A stretch of 64,000 nucleotides of DNA, taken from Pseudoxanthomonas sp. Lineage in GTDB: Bacteria > Pseudomonadota > Gammaproteobacteria > Xanthomonadales > Xanthomonadaceae. The stretch covers positions 7,532 to 71,531 of the forward strand of contig JBDNHW010000067.1 in the NCBI GenBank assembly GCA_041688625.1, written 5' to 3'. The notes beneath the pieces are model-generated. The model worked only from the letters and a program-made list of their open reading frames with translations, had not been told where the DNA came from and made no database searches. Each line of letters begins with the position of its first letter. Positions within the stretch are counted from its first letter, which is position 1. This document shows, in pieces, positions 8,921 to 18,697 of the stretch. The translations under genes and the position numbers were made by a program.

Positions 8921-10306
8921 ATGAACACCCTATCCGCGCCTGCCCGCCCCGCACCTGTCCGCCCCACCGCCGTCGCGCCCGACCCCGGAGTGCTGTACGC
9001 CGACCACGTGCGGTCCATGACGAGCCGCGCCGAGCAAGCGCTGGCTCGCGGTGGATTCGATCACCTGGTAGTCCCCAGCGGGACGCTGCACTACCAGGTC
9101 TTCGACGACCGCGATTATCCCTACGCCGTCAATCCCCAGTTCAAGGCGTGGCTGCCGCTCACCAGGGTGCCCAACAGCTGGCTGGTCTACACGCCCGGCA
9201 AGCGGCCGATACTGATCTTCCTGCAGCCGTTCGACTACTGGCACGTGGTGCCCGACGCGCCGAGCGGCTGGTGGGTCGAGCACTTCGACATCCACGTGAT
9301 CCGCAAGCCCGAGGAGGCGCTGGCGCTGCTTCCCGGCAAGCCCGCCCACTGCGCCATCGTCGGGGAGCCACGGAGCGCGCTGGGACCGTACGTGCCCAAC
9401 AATCCGGCGGCGGTCGTGGACTACCTGGAGTACCAGCGCTCGTACAAGACGGCGTATGAACTGGCGTCGATGCGCGAAGCCCAGCGCTTGGGTGCGCGAG
9501 GCCACCGCGCGGCCGAAATCGCGTTCCGCGCCGGCATGAGCGAATTCGACATCCACCTGGCCTACTGCAGCGCGGTGGGCCAGGACACGAACGACCTGCC
9601 GTACAACAACATCGTCGGCCTCAACGAGCATGCCGCGGTGCTGCACTACACCGAGCGCGACCGCGTGGCGCCTGCGCAGCTGCGCAGCTTCCTGATCGAC
9701 GCCGGCGCCAGCTGCAGAGGCTATGCCAGCGACATCACCCGGACCTACGCCCTTGACCGCGGCTGTGAATTCCAGGCACTGGTCGATGCGGTGGACATCG
9801 CCCAGCAGGCAATGGGGCAAGCGGTACGCGCCGGGACCGACTACCGCCAGCTGCACATCGATGCGCATCTGGTCCTGATGGGCATCCTGCGCGACTTCGG
9901 CGTAATCAAGGTGGCACCGGAGGCCGCCGTGGAAAGCGGCTTGAGTGCGGCGTTCTTCCCGCACGGCCTGGGCCATCCGATCGGACTGCAGGTGCACGAC
10001 GTGGCCGGCTTCGCACAGAGCGATCGCGGCGGCACGATCCCACGCCCGCCGGGACACCCTTACCTGCGCATGACCCGCGTGCTGGAGCCGGGCATGGTGG
10101 TGACCATCGAGCCGGGCCTGTATTTCATCGACATGCTGCTGGACGAAGCCAGGCAGAAAGGCCTTGGCGATGGCGTGGACTGGTCGCGCGTGGACCAGTT
10201 CCGCCCGTATGGCGGCGTCCGCATCGAGGATGAGGTGCTGTGCACGGCGGACGCGGCCGAGAACCTGACGCGCCCGGCCTTCGCCGCCGAGTACGCGGGC
10301 GGTTGA
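8921..10306 (+). CDS. pepQ: Xaa-Pro dipeptidase (prolidase)
   Basis: FLIDAGA..GYASDITRT, FPHGLGHPIGLQVHDV, TIEPGLYF, GGVRIEDEV. Confidence 0.95.
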   Translation: MNTLSAPARPAPVRPTAVAPDPGVLYADHVRSMTSRAEQALARGGFDHLVVPSGTLHYQVFDDRDYPYAVNPQFKAWLPLTRVPNSWLVYTPGKRPILIFLQPFDYWHVVPDAPSGWWVEHFDIHVIRKPEEALALLPGKPAHCAIVGEPRSALGPYVPNNPAAVVDYLEYQRSYKTAYELASMREAQRLGARGHRAAEIAFRAGMSEFDIHLAYCSAVGQDTNDLPYNNIVGLNEHAAVLHYTERDRVAPAQLRSFLIDAGASCRGYASDITRTYALDRGCEFQALVDAVDIAQQAMGQAVRAGTDYRQLHIDAHLVLMGILRDFGVIKVAPEAAVESGLSAAFFPHGLGHPIGLQVHDVAGFAQSDRGGTIPRPPGHPYLRMTRVLEPGMVVTIEPGLYFIDMLLDEARQKGLGDGVDWSRVDQFRPYGGVRIEDEVLCTADAAENLTRPAFAAEYAGG

Positions 10307-10635
10307 GCAGGCACATCCTCTTCGTGTGCAGCCGCAATCGCCTTCGCAGCCCGACTGCGGAGCAGGTGTTCGCCTCGTGGCCAGGAGTGGAGACCGCCTC
10401 GGCCGGAGTGGGTAATGACGCCGATGTCCCAGTGACGCCAGAGCTGTTGGGATGGGCCGACCTGATTGCGGTCATGGAGCCGATCCACCGTTCGAAGCTG
10501 AGCGCGCGATTCGGGCCGCACCTGAAGGACAAGCGGGTGGTGTGCCTGGACGTGCCCGACGACTTCGACTACATCGACGAGGCGCTGGTGGCGCTGCTCA
10601 AGTTCAGGCTTGCGCCGCACCTTCCGCAGAGGTGA
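10303..10635 (+). CDS. Low-molecular-weight phosphotyrosine phosphatase family protein
   Basis: TTG start overlaps the pepQ stop (TTGA). FVCSRNRLRS (CX5R), LDVPDDFDY. Confidence 0.85.
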   Translation: MSRHILFVCSRNRLRSPTAEQVFASWPGVETASAGVGNDADVPVTPELLGWADLIAVMEPIHRSKLSARFGPHLKDKRVVCLDVPDDFDYIDEALVALLKFRLAPHLPQR

Positions 10636-10666
10636 CGACGACGCCACCCGTGCACGCCTGTGTCAT

Positions 10667-11073
10667 TCATAGCAGCATGATCTGGACCAGCACGCCCATG
10701 AAGCTGGCCGCGGCCGAAGGCGCGACTTGTTCCGATTCGCCTTCCAGCTTCTGGTGGATCTCGTGGGTGGCGTTGCCGATCAGGAACAGCCCGTCACCGA
10801 TCAGGATCAGGTCGCGCCAGGAGAACTCCTGGTCGAAGGCGCTGAAAAGCGGCGCGGTCAGGCCGATGATCCAGGCGATCGCGAACAGCAGCATCAGCCG
10901 GGTGATGGCCGCCAGGCCGATGCCGATTTTCCGCGCCTTGTCGCGCTGGTGCGCCGGCAGCCATCCTGCGGGGATCGAAATGAAGATGATGTTGTCGATC
11001 CCGAGGACCAACTCTAGCGCGGTGAGAGCGTGGCCAGTGCGCTCCAGATTTCCGGGTTGGCGAGCGATTCCAT
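10667..11073 (-). pseudogene. TerC family membrane protein, frameshifted and 3'-truncated
   Basis: MESLANPEIWSALATL, extra TC at about 11025, then TALELVLGIDNIIFISI... Stops at QIMLL* before the usual DIVFSLDSV motif. Confidence 0.85.
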
Positions 11074-11160
11074 GGAGTCTTCCTGCGTCGGTTTGGTGGT
11101 GCGGCCGTGACAGCGATCCTTGATTGGTGTCGAAAATCGTGCGGCCGCCGCTGGCTTTGG

Positions 11161-12483
11161 CTATGCCGCCATTTCGGCTTCGATCTCATCGGCGCTGCGA
11201 GCCAGGGCGTCGGTCAGCACGCGGTGTCCATCGGCGGTGATCAGCACGTCGTCCTCGATGCGTATGCCAATGCCCCGCCACCTGGCATCGACCGATTTGT
11301 CGTCGGCCGAGACATACAGGCCAGGTTCGATGGTGAAGACCATCCCCGCCTCCAGCACCCGCGACTCGCCGCCAAGGCGGTATTCGCCCACGTCATGCAC
11401 GTCCAGCCCGAGCCAGTGGCCGGTCTTGTGTCGGTAGAAGCGCTTGTAGCTGCCGTCGGTGATGTTCTTCTCGAGCCTGCCCTTGAGCAGGCCAAGCCGG
11501 AGCAGGCCTTCGGTGAGGGTCCTGACCGCCGCATCGTGTCCGGCTTCGTAGGGAACGCCCGGTGTCGCGCACGCCAGCGCCGCCGCCTGGGCCGCGCCCA
11601 CCAGGTCGTGCAGCGAGCGCTGCGGCGCGGTGAAGCGGCCACTGACCGGGAACGTGCGGGTGATATCGGCGGCATAGCCGCGAAACTCCGCGCCGGCGTC
11701 CACCAGCACCAGGTCGCCTTCGGCGGCGCGCGCGTTGTTCGCGCGATAGTGGAGTACACAGGCGTTGCCGCCGGCGCCAACGATGCTTCCATACGCGGGC
11801 CAGGCGTCGCTGGCGCGGAACACGCGCTCGATCTCGGCCTGCAGCTCGTACTCGTGGACGCCGGGACGGACGGCACGCATTGCGGCACGATGCGCCTGGA
11901 CGGTGATGTCGGCGGCTTTCTGCATCAGCCTGATCTCGTCCTTCGACTTGAACAGACGAAGTTCGTGCAGCAGGTGTCCCAGCTCCATGAACTCATGCGG
12001 CGGCTGCGCCCCATGGCGCACCTGCTCGCGCACGCGCTTGACCCAGCCGATGAGCTTGAGATCGAACTCGGCCTCGCGGCCGAAGTGGTAGTAGACGCGT
12101 GAGCGGCCTTCCAGCAGCCCAGGCAGGATTTCGTCCAGGTCTTCGATCGGGTAGGCGTCGTCCATGCCGAACGCCTCAACGGCGCCTTCCTGCCCGGCAC
12201 GCGGCCCGTCCCAGCCCTCGCGCTCGAGGTCGCGCTCGCGGCAGAACAGGATGGTCTCGCCGTGCTTGCGGCCCGGGATCAGCACCAGCACCGCTTCAGG
12301 CTCCGGAAACCCGGTGAGGTACCAGAAGTCCGAATCCTGCCGGTACGGGAAGTGGGTGTCGTTGCTGCGTACCCGCTCAGTGGCGGCAGGCAGCACCAGG
12401 ATCGCGTCGTTGGCCGCCATGCGCATCAACTGCTTGCGGCGGCGGGCGAACTCGGCCGCGGAAATTCCCGTGGCGGCCTTCAT
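11161..12483 (-). CDS. pepP: Xaa-Pro aminopeptidase
   Basis: YRQDSDFWYLTGF, DAGAEFRGYAADITRT, HKTGHWLGLDVHDVG, GIRIEDDV. Confidence 0.96.
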   Translation of the reverse strand: MKAATGISAAEFARRRKQLMRMAANDAILVLPAATERVRSNDTHFPYRQDSDFWYLTGFPEPEAVLVLIPGRKHGETILFCRERDLEREGWDGPRAGQEGAVEAFGMDDAYPIEDLDEILPGLLEGRSRVYYHFGREAEFDLKLIGWVKRVREQVRHGAQPPHEFMELGHLLHELRLFKSKDEIRLMQKAADITVQAHRAAMRAVRPGVHEYELQAEIERVFRASDAWPAYGSIVGAGGNACVLHYRANNARAAEGDLVLVDAGAEFRGYAADITRTFPVSGRFTAPQRSLHDLVGAAQAAALACATPGVPYEAGHDAAVRTLTEGLLRLGLLKGRLEKNITDGSYKRFYRHKTGHWLGLDVHDVGEYRLGGESRVLEAGMVFTIEPGLYVSADDKSVDARWRGIGIRIEDDVLITADGHRVLTDALARSADEIEAEMAA

Positions 12484-13025
12484 CAGTTCAGGCTCTGGCG
12501 ATGCCGTGGCGCCATCACGCAATCGCCGTGCAGCAGCAGCACGGCGACGCGCACGAACTCTTCGATCTCGGCCAGGGCGTCTTCGTCTTCGTCCTCGTCG
12601 CTGGTCTCCGGGGCGGCCTGCGCCAGCCGGGCCAGGTCCCGCAGTGCCTCCTGGGCCTCATCGGACAGGGGGGGATGGGCGCCGGACGCCAGTCCGAATC
12701 CGCCGAGGAATCCGCGACACCAGTCGAACAGCGCCTCGGCACGCACCGTGGGCGTGCCGTCGCTTTCCGGCAGCAACAGGTCGAAACCGAAACCGCGGTC
12801 TTCCAGCTGCTCCACGCTGGCCTGGCGCAGTGCCTCCAGCGCGCCCTCTTCAACGCTCGCCAGGCTGTCGTCGGCCAGCACCCGTGCCGGCCATGCGCTG
12901 GAGTTTTCGCCACCGCCGGCCAGCCAGCCACACAGCGCGCCGTGGAGTTCGGATGGATCGGTGGCGAGTCCGGCCTTGCGCATCGCCTGCGACACATCCG
13001 GAATGGAAGGAAGATCGGTCATCAA
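12483..13025 (-). CDS. ygfB: UPF0149 family protein (YgfB/YecA-like)
   Basis: SELHGALCGWLAGG, WCRGFLGGFG, EIEEFVRVA; directly upstream of pepP as in E. coli. Confidence 0.88.
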   Translation of the reverse strand: MMTDLPSIPDVSQAMRKAGLATDPSELHGALCGWLAGGGENSSAWPARVLADDSLASVEEGALEALRQASVEQLEDRGFGFDLLLPESDGTPTVRAEALFDWCRGFLGGFGLASGAHPPLSDEAQEALRDLARLAQAAPETSDEDEDEDALAEIEEFVRVAVLLLHGDCVMAPRHRQSLN

Positions 13026-13069
13026 CGTAATCCGCTCGGGGGTTCGGACGGGGAAAAAACAGGACCGGA

Positions 13070-15436
13070 TTGTACCAACCAGACCTGCATGCCGCTTGTT
13101 GTGACGCGCCGCCCGCGCCTACACTCGGGGTTGTCCTGGCTCGTTCGCTCCCGCGAGACCGCATCCGAATGTCGATCGCTTCCGCCTCCGCCGTCGCGGC
13201 CATGGCCCTGCAGGGCGCGCTGCCGTCTTCGCGGCCCTGGCTGCTGATCGTTGCAGTGGTAGTGCTGGTGGCCGTGGCTGCAATTGCGACGCGACGCTAC
13301 TGGTGGTCGTGGCTGCTGCCGCCTGCGCAGCCAGACCACCGGGCCGAATCCACACAGGATCGCGACCAGCACCTCAAGCTTGCGCTGTGGGCGTCAGGCG
13401 AACAGTTCTGGGACTACGACCTGGAGCGCCGGAAGCTGCATCGGATGCGCGCGGACGAGAGCAACGAGAATTCGGCGGCGGAAATCACGATGGTGACGCG
13501 GCAGGGGGACGTACCGACCATCCACGAGCAGGATGTCCCCATGGTCATGCAGCGGCTGCGGGCCCACCTGCAGGGCGATACGCCGCTGTTTACTTCCGAA
13601 CACCGCATGGACATGACCGGCGACGGAACGTGGACCTGGGTGCGGGCGCGCGGGCGCATCGTCGAGCGCGACGGCGAAGGACGCCCCGTGCGCATCGCCG
13701 GCACCGCGCGCGACATCACCACCATCCACGAGGCGGCTCAACAACAGCGCATCGCCAGCGAAGTGATGCGCAGCATGAGCGAAGCCGTTGCGGTCCTCGA
13801 CGGCGAGCGGCACTTCATCACCATCAACCAGGCCTTCACGCGGATCACCGGCTATTCGGAAGACGAAATCATCGGCCGTCCGGTGCAGATGCTCGACAGT
13901 CGCCAACACGCGCCGTCCTTCAACGAACAGATGCGGGCCGAACTGCAGCGCAGGGGTCGCTGGTCCGGCGAGGTGTGGAACACGCACAAGGACGGCGAGG
14001 AGATCCTGTGCCGGCTGGAGACCAATGTGATCGCCGCTGCCAGCGGGCAGAGGCAGCTCTACGTGATGGTGCTCAACGACATCACCGAACAGAAGCGCGC
14101 CGAGCAGGAGCTGCGCTACCTCGCCAACTACGACACCCTGACCAGCCTCCCCAACCGCTCGCTGCTGTCCGAGCGGCTGTCGCGCGCCATCGTCAAGGCG
14201 CGACGCGAAGACGGCCGGGTGGCGATCCTGTTCGTGGACCTGGACCGCTTCAAGGACGTCAACGATTCACTGGGACACGCCACGGGCGACCGCATCCTGC
14301 GCGCGGCGGCCGCGCGCGTGCAGCAGACCGTGGGCTCCCAGAACACGGTGGCGCGGCTGAGCGGTGACGAGTTCACAGTGATTCTGGAGGACATCCAGTC
14401 GCTGCGCGACGCCGAGCAGGTGGCGCAGCGGGTCATCGAAGCGTTCACCCTGCCGCTGTCGTTCGGCGAGCGGCTGGAGCTTTCGATATCGGCTTCGATC
14501 GGCATCAGCCTTTACCCGGACCACGCCCAGGTTCCGACCGAACTGCTCAAGCACGCCGACACCGCCATGTACCAGGCCAAGGCCGCAGGACGCCACACCT
14601 ACCAGGTGTATGCGGTATCGATGGACGAGAAGACCCGGCACCGCGCGGTGCTGGCCAGCGCGCTGCGGCGGGCGCTGGAGCGCAACGAGCTGTCGCTGGC
14701 CTACCAGCCGCGACTGTCGCTGATCGAGGACCGCATCACCGGGGCCGAAGCACTGCTGCGCTGGAAGAGCGTGGAGTTCGGCGAGGTCTCGCCGGGCCAG
14801 TTCATACCGCTGGCCGAAGAGTCGGGCCTGATCCTGGAGCTGGGTGCCTGGGTACTGCAGCAGGCGTGCCTGACCCTGCGCAGCTGGCGCGATCAAAGCG
14901 GGAAGGATCTGTCGGTGGCGGTGAACGTGTCGGCGCTGCAGCTGCAGCGTGGCGACCTGGCAGAGGTGGTTGCGCGCACGCTGGCGCAGACCGGGATTCC
15001 TGCCCGTTGCCTGGAGCTGGAGCTGACCGAAAGCGTGATCATGGCCAACCCGGAAAAGAACGCGGACACCCTGCGGGCGTGCCGGCGCCTGGGCGTGTCA
15101 CTGGCGATCGACGATTTCGGCACCGGCTACTCCTCGCTGGCCTACCTCAAGCGCCTGCCCCTGACCACGCTCAAGATCGACAAGGAATTCATCGACGACC
15201 TCCCCCACGACGCGGACGACGAAGCGATCACCAGCACCATCATCAACATGGCCCACTCGCTGTCGCTCAACGTGATTGCCGAAGGCGTAGAAACCACGGC
15301 GCAGCTGCAGTTCCTGCGCGACCACGGCTGCGACGAGATCCAGGGTCACTGGATCGCCCATGCGCTGGCGCCGGACGAGTGCCTGGACTTCATCCGCGGC
15401 TACGGTGTCAGGCCCGGAGTGGTGGCAGTGACCTGA
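13070..15436 (+). CDS. Membrane-anchored PAS-PAS-GGDEF-EAL c-di-GMP protein (start uncertain, about 13070-13169)
   Basis: TM segment, PAS motifs, YDTLTSLPNR, DLDRFK, RLSGDEF, GAEALLRW, DDFGTGYSSL. Confidence 0.92.
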   Translation: MYQPDLHAACCDAPPAPTLGVVLARSLPRDRIRMSIASASAVAAMALQGALPSSRPWLLIVAVVVLVAVAAIATRRYWWSWLLPPAQPDHRAESTQDRDQHLKLALWASGEQFWDYDLERRKLHRMRADESNENSAAEITMVTRQGDVPTIHEQDVPMVMQRLRAHLQGDTPLFTSEHRMDMTGDGTWTWVRARGRIVERDGEGRPVRIAGTARDITTIHEAAQQQRIASEVMRSMSEAVAVLDGERHFITINQAFTRITGYSEDEIIGRPVQMLDSRQHAPSFNEQMRAELQRRGRWSGEVWNTHKDGEEILCRLETNVIAAASGQRQLYVMVLNDITEQKRAEQELRYLANYDTLTSLPNRSLLSERLSRAIVKARREDGRVAILFVDLDRFKDVNDSLGHATGDRILRAAAARVQQTVGSQNTVARLSGDEFTVILEDIQSLRDAEQVAQRVIEAFTLPLSFGERLELSISASIGISLYPDHAQVPTELLKHADTAMYQAKAAGRHTYQVYAVSMDEKTRHRAVLASALRRALERNELSLAYQPRLSLIEDRITGAEALLRWKSVEFGEVSPGQFIPLAEESGLILELGAWVLQQACLTLRSWRDQSGKDLSVAVNVSALQLQRGDLAEVVARTLAQTGIPARCLELELTESVIMANPEKNADTLRACRRLGVSLAIDDFGTGYSSLAYLKRLPLTTLKIDKEFIDDLPHDADDEAITSTIINMAHSLSLNVIAEGVETTAQLQFLRDHGCDEIQGHWIAHALAPDECLDFIRGYGVRPGVVAVT

Positions 15437-15496
15437 TCTGCAAGTGCCTTCGGGCCGCTGCTTGACCGGCTGCGCCACCGCCGCCTATCGTGGGCC

Positions 15497-15715
15497 ATGG
15501 ACCAGCCTGCCATCGAACAGCTCCGCAGCCTCGCCGCGCGCATGCAGCAGCTGGCCGACCGCTGCCAGCGCCTGGCCGACGAGAACCGCAGCCTGCGCAA
15601 CCAGCAGGAACAACTGGCTACGGAGCGGTCGCAGCTGCTGGCCAAGAACGAGCAGGCGCGTTCGCGGGTCGAGGCCATGATCCTGCGGCTGAAGTCGCTG
15701 GAACAGCACACGTGA
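15497..15715 (+). CDS. TIGR02449-like small coiled-coil protein
   Basis: 72-aa coiled coil ending KNEQARSRVEAMILRLKSLEQ, upstream of zapA. Confidence 0.85.
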   Translation: MDQPAIEQLRSLAARMQQLADRCQRLADENRSLRNQQEQLATERSQLLAKNEQARSRVEAMILRLKSLEQHT

Positions 15716-16011
15716 GCAGCACCGAACCGGTCAGCGTCCACATCCTCGACCGTGAGTACACGGTGGGTGTGGAAGCCGACGAGCGCAGCAGCCTGATGGC
15801 GGCGGCCAAGCTGCTGGACAGCAAGATGCGCGAAGTGCGGGGCAGCAACCGCATGGCGGCGGTGGATCGAGTGGCCGTGCTGGCGGCGCTCAACCTGGCC
15901 CATGAACTGCAGCAGTTGCGCAACGAGAACAGCGCGCGCGAACGTGAGCTCACCCGCACCCTGGACGAGCTGCACGGCAGGCTCGACGGGCTGCTGGATG
16001 CGCCACGCTGA
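15712..16011 (+). CDS. zapA: Cell division protein ZapA
   Basis: GTG overlap start. VHILDREYTVG...LDSKMRE...DRVAVLAALNLAHE. Confidence 0.93.
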   Translation: MSSTEPVSVHILDREYTVGVEADERSSLMAAAKLLDSKMREVRGSNRMAAVDRVAVLAALNLAHELQQLRNENSARERELTRTLDELHGRLDGLLDAPR

Positions 16012-16122
16012 ACCGATTGCACTCCGCGAGCTGCGCGGTTTGCGCGGTGTTTCGTGCCGATTACTGAATCGCGCTGACGAACGGACTTCGCAATCGGACC
16101 GGCGCCGTTATACTGGCGCGGC

Positions 16123-16304
16123 ATCCTCTGCTGTGAACGACAGCATGCAAAACATTCGCCTTGTCCCTTAAATACGACCACGGGAAGGGAACGGAAGCCA
16201 GGAGTGCAGGTCCGCCTCGTAGCGGGAAGCCCAAAGGCCCCCAACTCTTCCCACTTGAACCCCGGGTTCAAGGTCGTTTCGCAGGCATCGTCATTGCGGA
16301 GGAT
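16123..16304 (+). ncRNA. ssrS: 6S RNA
   Basis: Between zapA and ygfA. Complementary ends ATCCTCTGC/GCGGAGGAT, CCTTAAATACGAC and CTTGAACCCCGGGTTCAAGG segments, TATACT -10 at 16109-16114. Confidence 0.85.
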
Positions 16305-16397
16305 GTATCTCTCTCCGGCACGCTGCGCCCTGTCGCACGTCGCCCCTGCGGTGCGCGCCTATACTGCCGCGTCCCACCGCACCGATTCCCCAGCCTG

Positions 16398-16979
16398 ATG
16401 CCGTCCGACCGCCCTCACCTGCGCGCCGAGTTGCGCGAACTGCGCCGCGCGATCCCGGTGCCGCTGCGGATGTCGGCAGCCGACGCGCTGGCCGATCGCC
16501 TGCTAGCACTTTCCTTTGCACCGGGCAGCGGCCATGCCGCGGGTTATTGGGCGATGGACGGGGAGATTCCCCTGCACAGCTGGCAGCTTCGACTGCCGCC
16601 GGGCGTGTCGTACTGCCTGCCCGTGCTGCACGATCAAGTGCTTCGTTTTGCACCGTGGCGTGCCGGCCAGCCGCTGGTCACCAATCGTTTCGGCATACCC
16701 GAGCCGGACGTGGACCCGGCGATGGCGCTGCCTGCCGAATCGATGTCGCTGGTGGTGATGCCCCTGGTCGGCTTCGATGCACGCTGCAATCGCCTGGGCA
16801 TGGGTGGCGGCTGGTACGACCGCAGCTTCGCCGCGCGGCGCGCGTCAGCCGCACCGCCGTGGCTGGTTGGAGCGGGTTTCCAGGTACAGCGACTCGAGCG
16901 CATCGAGGCGCGGGAATGGGACGTCCGCGCTGACGCCATCTGCACCGAAGTCGACACCATGCTGGCTGAACCCGCATGA
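16398..16979 (+). CDS. ygfA: 5-formyltetrahydrofolate cyclo-ligase
   Basis: GYWAMDGEI, NRFGIPEP, PLVGFD...RLGMGGGWYDR. Confidence 0.93.
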   Translation: MPSDRPHLRAELRELRRAIPVPLRMSAADALADRLLALSFAPGSGHAAGYWAMDGEIPLHSWQLRLPPGVSYCLPVLHDQVLRFAPWRAGQPLVTNRFGIPEPDVDPAMALPAESMSLVVMPLVGFDARCNRLGMGGGWYDRSFAARRASAAPPWLVGAGFQVQRLERIEAREWDVRADAICTEVDTMLAEPA

Positions 16980-17443
16980 GCAAGCGCAAGCACTATTGGC
17001 TCATGAAGTCCGAGCCGGAGGATTTTTCGATCGACGACCTCGAGCGGGTCGGGACCGAGCCCTGGACCGGCGTGCGCAACTACCAGGCGAGGAACTTCAT
17101 GCGCGCGATGCAGCCCGGAGATGGCGTGCTTTTCTACCATTCCAACACCGACGTTCCCGGCATCTATGGAGTGGGTGAAGTCGCGTGCCCGGCCTACCCT
17201 GATCCCACGCAGTTCGACGGGACGTCCAAGTACTTCGATCCGAAGTCCACGCCGGAAGAACCGCGATGGTCGCTGGTCGACGTCGGCTTCGTGCGCAAGC
17301 TGCCACGCCCGGTGTCGCTGGCGACTATCCGCGAACACGCCCAGGTGCTGGGCGAAGACTTTGCGCTGATCCGCAAGGGCACCCGGCTGTCGGTGCTGCC
17401 GGTCACCGCGGCGCAGTGGAAGATCCTGATTTCCCTCTCCTGA
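16976..17443 (+). CDS. EVE domain protein
   Basis: YWLMKSEP, WTGVRNYQARN, FYHSN, RLSVLPV. Confidence 0.93.
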   Translation: MSKRKHYWLMKSEPEDFSIDDLERVGTEPWTGVRNYQARNFMRAMQPGDGVLFYHSNTDVPGIYGVGEVACPAYPDPTQFDGTSKYFDPKSTPEEPRWSLVDVGFVRKLPRPVSLATIREHAQVLGEDFALIRKGTRLSVLPVTAAQWKILISLS

Positions 17444-17458
17444 CCATTGGAAACTGAC

Positions 17459-18112
17459 GTGTCGCAGAATGAAGCCAAGCGCCTTGCCGGCGAAAAAGCC
17501 ATCGAGTTCGTCGAGGACGGGATGATCGTCGGAGTCGGCACCGGTTCCACCGTCGCGTTCTTCATCGACGCACTGGCCACGATCAAACACCGCATCGGCG
17601 GAGCGGTCTCCAGCTCCGACCAGAGCACGCAGCGGCTGCGCGCGCACGGCATCGAGGTGCTGGAACTCAACAACACCGGCGACCTGGCCCTGTACGTCGA
17701 CGGCGCCGACGAATGCGATCCGCACAAGCGACTGATCAAGGGCGGGGGCGCGGCGCTGACCCGCGAGAAGGTCATCGCCGAGGCAAGTGCGAAATTCGTG
17801 TGCATCGTTGACGCTGCCAAGCAGGTGCCGGTGCTGGGGAGGTTCCCCTTGCCGGTGGAAGTATTGCCGATGGCCCGCAGCCTGGTGGCGCGGCGCATCC
17901 TCGCGCTGACCGGGGGACAGCCGGTGTGGCGCGACGGCGTGGTCACCGACAACGGCAACCAGATCATCGACGTGCACGGCCTGTCGATCGTCGATCCGGT
18001 GGCGATGGAACGCGAGCTTTCGCTCATTCCCGGCGTGGTGACCGTGGGTCTGTTCGCGCGTCGGCCTGCCGACGTGGTGATCGTGGGCGGCGACGTGCCG
18101 CGTGTGCTGTAG
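17459..18112 (+). CDS. rpiA: Ribose-5-phosphate isomerase A
   Basis: [33 protein letters not shown]. Confidence 0.97.
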   Translation: MSQNEAKRLAGEKAIEFVEDGMIVGVGTGSTVAFFIDALATIKHRIGGAVSSSDQSTQRLRAHGIEVLELNNTGDLALYVDGADECDPHKRLIKGGGAALTREKVIAEASAKFVCIVDAAKQVPVLGRFPLPVEVLPMARSLVARRILALTGGQPVWRDGVVTDNGNQIIDVHGLSIVDPVAMERELSLIPGVVTVGLFARRPADVVIVGGDVPRVL

Positions 18113-18208
18113 GCCATGGACCGTCCAGCCACCGCTACCGCGTGCCGATTGCTTGACCCGGCGCCTGCAGTCGCCGAAGGTGGCAGAGGCCCCAGCCGAG
18201 TCGCCACC

Positions 18209-18658
18209 ATGCCCTTGCTCCGCACTGCATCGTTCCTTTGCATCGCCGCCCTCAGCGGCTGCGCCAGCGCCGACGACAACTGGGTCGAAGTGGGCGGCCA
18301 GCGCTACAGCGTCGAAGTGGCGGACGATGATGCCGAGCGGGCCCGCGGCCTGATGTTCCGCGACCAGATGGAGCCGGGCAGCGGCATGATCTTCATCCAT
18401 GACCGTGAAGAGCCGCAGGCCTACTGGATGAAGAACACGCGCATCGCGCTGGACATCCTCTATTTCGACGGCGACGGCAAGCTGGTGGCCCAGCAGCGCG
18501 ATGTTCCGCCGTGCTCGGCAGGCAACCGCTGCCCCTCGTATCCGAGCAAGTTTCCGGCGCGTTACGTGCTGGAGTTGAACGCGGGGAGTGCCGCGAAACT
18601 GAACCTTGAGAACGGCGACGAAATAGAGTTTGGCCCGAATATAAATCCGCGACCCTGA
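18209..18658 (+). CDS. DUF192 family lipoprotein
   Basis: Lipobox LSGC; VEVADD..RARGLMFR, WMKNTRIALDILYF, YVLELNAG. Confidence 0.88.
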   Translation: MPLLRTASFLCIAALSGCASADDNWVEVGGQRYSVEVADDDAERARGLMFRDQMEPGSGMIFIHDREEPQAYWMKNTRIALDILYFDGDGKLVAQQRDVPPCSAGNRCPSYPSKFPARYVLELNAGSAAKLNLENGDEIEFGPNINPRP

Positions 18659-18697
18659 GCACTTGATTTGCGCTGAAATCAGTCGCAATCTCCTCGT

